From Actinomycetota bacterium (lineage in GTDB: Bacteria; Actinomycetota; UBA4738; HRBIN12): a stretch of 27,642 bases of DNA. Made by a program: the position numbers and the translations under genes. This document shows, piece by piece, positions 20,066 through 26,992 of the stretch; position 1 is the stretch's first letter; each line of letters begins with the position of its first letter. The stretch is taken from contig JBKKAE010000373.1 in assembly GCA_046714835.1 (NCBI GenBank), forward strand, positions 1 through 27,642, read 5' to 3'. The notes under the pieces are model-generated. The model ran no database searches. It worked only from the letters and a program-made list of their open reading frames with translations, and was not told the origin of the DNA.

Positions 20066-22996
20066 ATGTTGACTGGGTACGGTCTGGCTCGAAGGATCCA
20101 TATCGCGCTCATCGGACTGCTCGTCATCGGGGTGGCGGGTTCGTTCTGGATGAGCATCCGAGCTCGCTCGACCGCGGAAGAACGAGCGGTCGAGTCGGCC
20201 CAGGTCATCACGGACAGCTCCCTCACGCTCGTCTTCCGACCCGACGATCTCCAGGACGATGCCTCTCCCGAGAGGATCCGCGAGCTGGCCCGTTCGATCG
20301 ACGACGTCGTACTCGACCCAAGCGACTTCGACACCGTGACCCTGTTCTCTTCGTCGGGAGAGATCCTCTTCTCGACCGAGGACGGCAACATAGGTCAGCG
20401 TCTCGCCGGTGAACGACCCCGCATCCGAACCGCGTTCCGGGGAGAGCCGCAGTCGAGGCTGATCGACGACACCCTTTCCGTGCTCGTCGGGCTGCGATTC
20501 CCCTCCGGCGTCGGCAGCCCCGCTGCCGTCGAGCTCTCGCGTCCCGCTGACGACATCACCGGCGCGGCAGCGCCCTGGCGAACCAACATGTTCTTCCTCG
20601 GAGGCGCGCTCGCCCTCGTCCTGCTGGCCGCCGGCGCACCGATGCTCAGAGGCGGGGGCTCGGTCGAAACCGCGGAGTCCTCGCGGATGCGAGTGCCGGT
20701 GATCCCCGTGCGGCAGCCCGTCGCGCCGGCGAGAAGGATCGAGGCACCGCGGCCGGGGATGAAGGAGGAGGCGGAAGCTCGCCGGCGCGCCGAGACGCGT
20801 GCGCAGGAGGCGGAGCAGCGCCTCAACCTCCTGCAGGACCAGTACCGCGCCACCCTCGAGGAGCTGCAATCCACGCAGCGGACGATCCGCGACCAGCCTG
20901 TCGGGCTAGACCGAGAGTTCGAGGAACGTGCGGTCAAGGCCGAGCAGGCCGCGAGGTCGCTCGAGCAGCGGCTCCACAGCGTGACCGCCGAGCGTGATCG
21001 GATCGCCGGTGAGTTGCTGGCCAGGCGCGACGCGATCGCGGGCCCGGGCCAGGAAGAGATCAAGCAGGTCGAAGCAGAGGCTATGGGCCTTCGAGCCGAG
21101 CTCGAGGGGGCACAGACGCAGCTCTCGATGACGATCCAGGAGCTGGCAGCTCTGCAGCGACAGGCGGAGCGTTCGCGAGAGCTTCAGGAGGAGTTGGACG
21201 CCGCGCAGCTCGAATCGCTCCATGCGCGAGACGCCATGGATGGGATGCAGACAGAGCTGGGGAGCGCCCGGACCGAGCTGGACGACGTGCGAGGCGAGCT
21301 GCGAGCGCTCCGAACGGAGGAGCAGCGCGCCGCCGAGCTCACCGACGAGCTCCGGACCGTGAAGGCCGAGATCGACAGCATGCGAGCGTCGCATCGAGCT
21401 GAGCTCGTCGAGCGCGAGGCGGAGCTCGAGGAGCAGGTCCGTTCGGTCCGAGAAGAGTTCCAGGCTCAGGTGGCCGAGGCCGAGACACGTCACGCCGCGG
21501 AGCTCGCCGAAGCCGAGAAGGAGTTCGCGGCCCGCGTTGCCGCCGCCGCCGCGGGAGCGGACGAGGCCAGCGCGCGAGTGGCAGCCGCAGGTGCCGACCT
21601 GGAGGCCGCGAGATCGGAGTCGGAGGCGCGAGCCGTCGACCTCGAGAGCGCGCGAGCCGAGCTCCAAGCGGCCCACGACCGGATCGAGTTGCTGCAGCAG
21701 GGTCTGTCCGAGCGTCAGGGAGACTTCGACGGCGCCGCCGAGGAGGTGCAGCGAGCGCAGGCCGATCGAGAGGCGCTCGCCGCGGAGATCACCGAGCTTC
21801 GCGCGGCGCTGAAGGAGTCGGAGGCCGCGCTCACGGACGAGCGCGCGGGACGAGAGAAGCTCGAGAGCTCCGACTCCCGGATCCAAGACGAGGCACGTCG
21901 TGCCACCCAGCGCGCCGACGCCCTCGCCGGGGAGCTGGAGGCCGCGACCCAGGCGAACACCGAGATGAACCGTCGTCTCCAGGAGATCGAAGCCAGGCGC
22001 GCTCTCGAGGTCGCCGAGGACGAGGGTCGGGCGCACATGGACGAGCTGCTCACGGCGACGCAAGAGCGTCTCGCCGGGCAGACGGAGAAGCTCATCGCCG
22101 CCGAGGAGCGGGCCCGGGAGATGGAGCGTCGAGTCACGATGGACGCGGAGCGGCTCGAGGAGCTCGAGGCGCAGCTACGCCAACACCAGATGGCGGATCA
22201 GATGCGAGAGCTGCAGCCGACGAAGCACGAGCACCATGAGGCGGATGACGCGGTTCCCGTCGAGGGGCTTCGCGCGGCGACACCGTTCATCAAGGAGATG
22301 TCGATGGACGCGCAGAAGACGATCTCTCGGATGATGGGTGTCGCCCAGCTGCTCAAGCACAAGCAAGGAGCGAAGGAGCAAGCGCAGCTCGTGCAGCAGC
22401 TCACGGCCAATGGCCGGCGGCTCGGCAACACGATCCGCGACCTGTCCGACATCGATTCGTTGGTCACCGGCACGGTTTCCCTCGAACTCCGGAACACCGA
22501 CCTCGAATCCCTGATCCGTCGCGTGCTAGAGGAATCCGGGATCGAGTCGGAGCAGGACGTCCGGGTCGAGATCGAGCCCGTCTCGATCGCGGTCGACCGC
22601 ACCAGGACCGAGCAGATCATCCAGGCCCTGCTCCGCAGCGCCGGTGATCGCACGCCCGAAGGCAAGACCATCACGGTGCGCCTCATCCGAGACAAGGGTG
22701 GAGCGTTGATCGTCGTCGAGGACGCGGAGTCGTCTGCGGAGATCTCCCTCAGTCCGATGGTGCGGCGGCTCGCCGAGGTACAGGGCGGTTGGGCGAAGGT
22801 CGCGCCGCGTGACGGCGGAGGTGCCGCGTTCCAGGTGTTCCTGCCGGCCGGTGGACCGGGCGGCACTCCCCCTGAAGAGCCCGTCGAAGGGGAGCAGCCG
22901 GTCGAGGAAGTCAACGACGAACCCAATCACTGGGTCCAGGCTGAGCAGGCGCTCGTCCGCGAGCTCCGTGAGCTCTCGCAGGGCAAGGCGAAGTAG
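20066..22996 (+). CDS. Membrane-anchored pseudo-histidine kinase: TM, extracytoplasmic Cache/PDC-like domain, TM, ~485-aa coiled coil, degenerate HisKA and HATPase_c
   Basis: Two TM segments flank a ~140-aa domain containing VTLFSSSGEILFST. Heptad-rich E/A/R/L stretch at residues ~232-717. H-box FIKEMSMDAQKTIS (His to Met747), N-box QIIQALLRSAGDRTP (both Asn lost), G1 EDAESS, ATP lid and G2 missing, C-terminal GGGAAFQVFLP. Confidence 0.8.
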   Translation: MLTGYGLARRIHIALIGLLVIGVAGSFWMSIRARSTAEERAVESAQVITDSSLTLVFRPDDLQDDASPERIRELARSIDDVVLDPSDFDTVTLFSSSGEILFSTEDGNIGQRLAGERPRIRTAFRGEPQSRLIDDTLSVLVGLRFPSGVGSPAAVELSRPADDITGAAAPWRTNMFFLGGALALVLLAAGAPMLRGGGSVETAESSRMRVPVIPVRQPVAPARRIEAPRPGMKEEAEARRRAETRAQEAEQRLNLLQDQYRATLEELQSTQRTIRDQPVGLDREFEERAVKAEQAARSLEQRLHSVTAERDRIAGELLARRDAIAGPGQEEIKQVEAEAMGLRAELEGAQTQLSMTIQELAALQRQAERSRELQEELDAAQLESLHARDAMDGMQTELGSARTELDDVRGELRALRTEEQRAAELTDELRTVKAEIDSMRASHRAELVEREAELEEQVRSVREEFQAQVAEAETRHAAELAEAEKEFAARVAAAAAGADEASARVAAAGADLEAARSESEARAVDLESARAELQAAHDRIELLQQGLSERQGDFDGAAEEVQRAQADREALAAEITELRAALKESEAALTDERAGREKLESSDSRIQDEARRATQRADALAGELEAATQANTEMNRRLQEIEARRALEVAEDEGRAHMDELLTATQERLAGQTEKLIAAEERAREMERRVTMDAERLEELEAQLRQHQMADQMRELQPTKHEHHEADDAVPVEGLRAATPFIKEMSMDAQKTISRMMGVAQLLKHKQGAKEQAQLVQQLTANGRRLGNTIRDLSDIDSLVTGTVSLELRNTDLESLIRRVLEESGIESEQDVRVEIEPVSIAVDRTRTEQIIQALLRSAGDRTPEGKTITVRLIRDKGGALIVVEDAESSAEISLSPMVRRLAEVQGGWAKVAPRDGGGAAFQVFLPAGGPGGTPPEEPVEGEQPVEEVNDEPNHWVQAEQALVRELRELSQGKAK

Positions 22997-22998
22997 CC

Positions 22999-24189
22999 CT
23001 AGATCCTCCGAAGGACCAGCGCGTCGCCCTGACCGCCGCCGCCGCAGATCGCCGCCCCGCCGAGATCGACGCCCCGCCGCCGCATCTCCATGACGAGCGT
23101 GAGCACGATCCGCGCGCCGGAGGCCCCGATCGGATGCCCCAGCGCGACCGCGCCCCCGTTGACGTTCACGATGTCATCGTCGACACCGAGCATCCGCGCG
23201 GAGTGGATCGGAACGGCGGCGAACGCCTCGTTGATCTCGACGAGCCCGAGGTCCGATGCGGCGAGGCCGGACCTCTTGAGCGCTCGTTCGAGAGCCATCG
23301 CCGGAACCGTGTGCAACGAGGGATAGCGATCGGATGACATGCCGTAGGCGACGATCTCGGCGAGCGGCGTGGCCCCCAGCTCCTCCGCTCTGTCGGCGCT
23401 CATCACCACGACCGCGCACGCGCCATCGGAGATCTGCGAGGCGTTGCCCGCCGTGATCGTGCCGTCCGCTCGGAACGCGGGCTGCAACCGGGCCAGCGTC
23501 TCCGGCGTCGTCTCGGGACGGATCCCCTCATCTCGATCGACCCGGGCGACGGCACCCTTCCGGTCCTTCACGTCGATGGGCACGACCTCATGGGCCATGC
23601 GGCCCGATCCCCATGCGGCGTCGGCCCGCTGATGTGAGCGCGCCGCCCACGCGTCCTGCTCCTCGCGGCCGAGACCGAGCTCCGCGCTCACCGCGTCGGT
23701 GCCCTCGCCCATGTGCTGTTCCAGGAACGAAGACCACAGGCCGTCGTGGATCATCGAGTCGATCAGCTCGGCATCCCCCAGCCGGGAGCCTTCTCGGCCC
23801 TTGGGAAAGACGTAGGGGGCGTTGGTCATCGACTCCATCCCGCCAGCGACCGCAACCTCGATCTCGCCAGCACGGATCATCTGGTCAGCCATCGCGATCG
23901 CCGCCATCCCGGACAGACAGACCTTGTTGATCGTGATCGCAGGGACATCCTTCGGGAGGCCGGCGCCGATCGACGCCTGGAGCGAGGTGATCTGTCCGGC
24001 GCCGGCCTGCAGCACGTGGCCGACGATCGCGTAGTCGACCTGCCCGCCCTCGATGCCTGCCCGCTCGACCGCGGCCCGGATCGCGCGTGCTCCCAGCTCG
24101 ACCGCCTTCAGTCCGGCGAAGGCTCCCCCGAACTTCCCGGTGGGCGTCCGGGCGCCGGCCACGATCACTGAACGGGGAGACGTGCTCAT
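22999..24189 (-). CDS. Acetyl-CoA C-acyltransferase (thiolase)
   Basis: TINKVCLSG (catalytic Cys), GGMESMTNAP, ITAGNASQISDGA, EINEAFAA, GHPIGASG and AICGGGGQG. Leaderless start. Confidence 0.96.
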   Translation of the reverse strand: MSTSPRSVIVAGARTPTGKFGGAFAGLKAVELGARAIRAAVERAGIEGGQVDYAIVGHVLQAGAGQITSLQASIGAGLPKDVPAITINKVCLSGMAAIAMADQMIRAGEIEVAVAGGMESMTNAPYVFPKGREGSRLGDAELIDSMIHDGLWSSFLEQHMGEGTDAVSAELGLGREEQDAWAARSHQRADAAWGSGRMAHEVVPIDVKDRKGAVARVDRDEGIRPETTPETLARLQPAFRADGTITAGNASQISDGACAVVVMSADRAEELGATPLAEIVAYGMSSDRYPSLHTVPAMALERALKRSGLAASDLGLVEINEAFAAVPIHSARMLGVDDDIVNVNGGAVALGHPIGASGARIVLTLVMEMRRRGVDLGGAAICGGGGQGDALVLRRI

Positions 24190-24195
24190 GGATCG

Positions 24196-24201
24196 AGTCT
24201 A
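24196..24201 (-). promoter_or_regulatory. -10 hexamer TAGACT, leaderless promoter of the thiolase
   Basis: Lies 6 nt upstream of ATG 24189, with no SD. Confidence 0.65.
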
Positions 24202-24229
24202 CGGCCGTCGATCGGTGAGGCGGCGCGGA

Positions 24230-26056
24230 TCAATTCCGGGCCGAGACCGCTCCCTGGATCACCTCGAGGATCTCCTCGCGGATCAGCTCGTCACGATCCA
24301 CGAGCGCCTGCGCGAGTGCCGCATGGACGTCACGGTTCTCGGCGAGCACCTCGAGCACGCGCTCCTTCTGGGCCGTGAGGATGTCTTCCACGCTCTGCTT
24401 GCCGCGTTCGTCGGCCAGGACCTTCGCCACGAGGTTCGCGCCCCCGATGGGACCGTGGGAGACCGCGTCGAAGGAGATCAAGGACCCGGCCATCCCGAAC
24501 GAACCCACCATCTGTGCGGCCAGCTGCGTGGCCACCATCAGGTCGCTCGCCGGCCCCGTGCCGGACTCGCCGAGGACGAGCTCCTCCGCCGCGAGGCCGC
24601 CGAGGGAGATCGCGATGCCCGATTCGATCTCCGTCCGACTGCGCGTGAAGCGCTCCTCCTCGTCGCCGTGGGCGAGGAGGCCGAGCGATCCACGCCGCTT
24701 GATGATCGAGAGCACCTCGAGCCGGCGGTTCTGGCCCAGGAAGTGGGCGACGGTCGCGTGTCCCGCCTCGTGCACCGCCACCGCGCGACGATCGTTCGCG
24801 GTGTAGGTGACGGCTTGCTTCAAGCCGATCTCTTCGGTGAACTTCGCCTCCATGACATCGGCGAAGTTCATCTCCCGGCGCCCCTCGCGGAGCGCGACCA
24901 GGAGCGATTCGTCGAAGAGGTGCTCGATCATGACCGGCGTGTACGCGAAGCACTCGTGTGCGATCCGCGTCCGCACCGAGGGGTCGTCGAGCTGCTCGTG
25001 GTGCTTCTTCCGCTCGAGGAAGTAATCGACGAGGTCCTCCCGCTCGCTCTGGGTCGGGACGTCGAAGTACAGCCGCCGATCGAAGCGACCGGGCCGCATG
25101 AGCGCGGTGTCGAGCGAGTCCGCACGGTTGGTAGCGGCGATCAACAGGATGTTGTGGTACTCGGGACCGATCATCTTCAACTGCCAGTTGGCGGGGAGAT
25201 AACCGTTCAGCCACCCCAGGAACTTCCCCCAGATCCGGGTGCGGACGCGCGGCTGATCGAACGACTGCATCTGGATCAGGAGCTCGTTGACCATCCCACC
25301 GGTGTTCGAAGACATGAACCTGGACACCGAGCGCTCCATGCCGTCAGGGGTCGAGCCGTTCACGCCGTCCCGCGACTGCGCGATCGCATCGATCTCTTCG
25401 ATGAAGCCGATCGCGCCCCCTTCCTTGCGGGCGGCCTTGCGGAGCGCCTTGAAGAACGACCGGATGCGGTACGCGGTCATCCCGAACCACATCGACTGGA
25501 GAGCGGTCGCCGAGATGAACAGGAACGGGACGCCCGCCTGCTTGGCCATCGCCTTCGCCAGGTACGTCTTGCCGGTCCCCGGCGGTCCTTCGAACAGGAC
25601 CCCGCGACGCGGCGTTCCGCCGAGCTCGTCGCGGAACACGCCGTAGCCGAGGAACACGTCCAGGGTGCGCACGACCTCGTCGACCTGCGTATCGAGGCCC
25701 TTGAGCTCGGTCAGTCCGACCTCGACCTGCTCGGGATACACGGTGATGTGCGGAGATCGGCCGGAGAGCAGCGGCATGGCGACCATGAGCCCGATGGCCA
25801 CGATGAGGAGCATCGCCGGGAGGTAGATCTCCCACGGGAACGACTCCGGGATGGTGGGCAGCCGCAGTGGCCGACCGGTCGAGTACCGCCACCAGAGGTA
25901 GGCGTCCAAGGAGGTCACGACGACGATCGCGCGGAGGAGCCGCTTGCGTTTGGTGCGATCGCGCTGGCGGAACACGTCTGCTCGGCCCGCGCGGAGCGTG
26001 GTCGAGCCGGCGAGGAGGGCTGCGGTAGCCGAGCTGTGGTTCTTCTCCGTCACCAT
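24230..26056 (-). CDS. FtsH-like membrane AAA+ ATPase / M41 zinc metalloprotease paralog
   Basis: Two N-terminal hydrophobic segments, Walker A GPPGTGKT, Walker B variant GFIEEID, SRH ATNRADSLDTALMRPGRFDR, HEAGH, and GGLAAEE...GPASD. SD GGAGGA just upstream of ATG 26056 / GTG 26053. Confidence 0.9.
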   Translation of the reverse strand: MVTEKNHSSATAALLAGSTTLRAGRADVFRQRDRTKRKRLLRAIVVVTSLDAYLWWRYSTGRPLRLPTIPESFPWEIYLPAMLLIVAIGLMVAMPLLSGRSPHITVYPEQVEVGLTELKGLDTQVDEVVRTLDVFLGYGVFRDELGGTPRRGVLFEGPPGTGKTYLAKAMAKQAGVPFLFISATALQSMWFGMTAYRIRSFFKALRKAARKEGGAIGFIEEIDAIAQSRDGVNGSTPDGMERSVSRFMSSNTGGMVNELLIQMQSFDQPRVRTRIWGKFLGWLNGYLPANWQLKMIGPEYHNILLIAATNRADSLDTALMRPGRFDRRLYFDVPTQSEREDLVDYFLERKKHHEQLDDPSVRTRIAHECFAYTPVMIEHLFDESLLVALREGRREMNFADVMEAKFTEEIGLKQAVTYTANDRRAVAVHEAGHATVAHFLGQNRRLEVLSIIKRRGSLGLLAHGDEEERFTRSRTEIESGIAISLGGLAAEELVLGESGTGPASDLMVATQLAAQMVGSFGMAGSLISFDAVSHGPIGGANLVAKVLADERGKQSVEDILTAQKERVLEVLAENRDVHAALAQALVDRDELIREEILEVIQGAVSARN

Positions 26057-26107
26057 TCCTCCGAGATCAGCGGTCCTGGTGGGGTTCTGGCCTTCCGTAC
26101 GCACGCT

Positions 26108-26134
26108 ATACCCTTGCCTCTCCCCCGTGAATCC
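26108..26134 (-). promoter_or_regulatory. SigF/SigB-type stress promoter GGATT-N16-GGGTAT for the FtsH-like gene
   Basis: Matches the mycobacterial SigF-type consensus GGWWT-N16/17-GGGTAY. A housekeeping-type TAGCGT hexamer (26103-26108) overlaps it. Confidence 0.55.
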
Positions 26135-26194
26135 GACCTTCGGCCCCAAATGGGGGATGGTGCTTCTCAGCCGAAAGTCTCATGGATGGTTCGA

Positions 26195-26200
26195 TATCGT
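26195..26200 (+). promoter_or_regulatory. -10 hexamer TATCGT, leaderless promoter of the XRE-mce unit
   Basis: Lies 6 nt upstream of GTG 26207, with no SD. Confidence 0.6.
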
Positions 26201-26206
26201 GCGGCC

Positions 26207-26581
26207 GTGGCCCGCACGAAACAGCCTCCCAAGAGCGACGAGGACCGGCGGGTCGTGGGCGGACTGCTGCGGGATCTGCGGAAGGCGGCCGGCTACCGAT
26301 CCGTGGACGCGGCCGCGGCCGTCGCCGGCGCACCCTCCTCCCGGCAGACGATCTACGCGTATGAGCGCGGGGGGCTGACCCCGTCGCTCGCGCAGTTCCT
26401 CGACCTCGTGGAGTTCTACGTGCTCCGAGCCCCGCATCTCGACGGCGCCAAGTCCGAGGACGACCTCCGGGCCCAGGGCGTGGCGGCAGTCACCCGTGTG
26501 CTGACGCTGCCCCTCTACCACGTCGCGGCCGCTCAGGATCTGGTCGCGCGCATGCAGCCGGGCGTTCGGAGGAAACGGTGA
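26207..26581 (+). CDS. XRE/Cro-CI family helix-turn-helix transcriptional regulator
   Basis: 124 aa at the 3' end of the 24053..26581 ORF: LLRDLRKAAGYRSVDAAAAVAGAPSSRQTIYAYERGGLTPSLAQFLDL. Confidence 0.85.
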   Translation: MARTKQPPKSDEDRRVVGGLLRDLRKAAGYRSVDAAAAVAGAPSSRQTIYAYERGGLTPSLAQFLDLVEFYVLRAPHLDGAKSEDDLRAQGVAAVTRVLTLPLYHVAAAQDLVARMQPGVRRKR

Positions 26582-26979
26582 TCGTCGAGATCGACCACGT
26601 CGGGATCGCCGTGGACGATCTCGACGCCGCCGTCGAGCACTACCGGCGCACGCTGGGCGTGGAGCCATCCCATCGGGAACGTGTGGAGGATCAGGGTGTC
26701 GAGGAAGTCATGTTCGCGGTCGGGACCTCGTCCATCCAGCTGCTCGGTGCACTGGGGCCCGACACACCCGTCGGTGTGTTCCTCGCGAAGCGCGGTCCCG
26801 GCGTGCATCACGTCGCTTACCGGGTGGACGACGTGGCAGCGTCGCTGGACCGTCTCCGGGGCGAGGGGGTCCAGCTGATCGACGCGGCCCCGAGGCCGGG
26901 CTCGCGAGGCACGTCGATCGCCTTCGTCCATCCGAAGGACATGGGCGGCGTCCTCGTCGAGCTGGTGCAGGTTCCCTGA
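26578..26979 (+). CDS. mce: Methylmalonyl-CoA (ethylmalonyl-CoA) epimerase, VOC fold
   Basis: IDHVGIAV, ERVEDQGVEE, SIQLL, RGPGVHHVAYRVDD, PRPGSRG and AFVHPKDMGGVLVELVQ. GTGA overlap with the XRE gene. Confidence 0.93.
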   Translation: MIVEIDHVGIAVDDLDAAVEHYRRTLGVEPSHRERVEDQGVEEVMFAVGTSSIQLLGALGPDTPVGVFLAKRGPGVHHVAYRVDDVAASLDRLRGEGVQLIDAAPRPGSRGTSIAFVHPKDMGGVLVELVQVP

Positions 26980-26992
26980 TCGACCCCCGCCG

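Noticed and set aside
20759-22217. SMC or chromosome segregation protein call for the coiled coil
   Set aside because: There is no Walker A/B, ABC signature or hinge domain, and the protein has two TM segments and a kinase-like C-terminus.
24053-26206. 842-aa + strand ORF 24053..26581
   Set aside because: It is an antisense shadow of the FtsH-like gene, typical of high-GC DNA. Only the last 124 codons (XRE, from GTG 26207) resemble a protein and have their own promoter.
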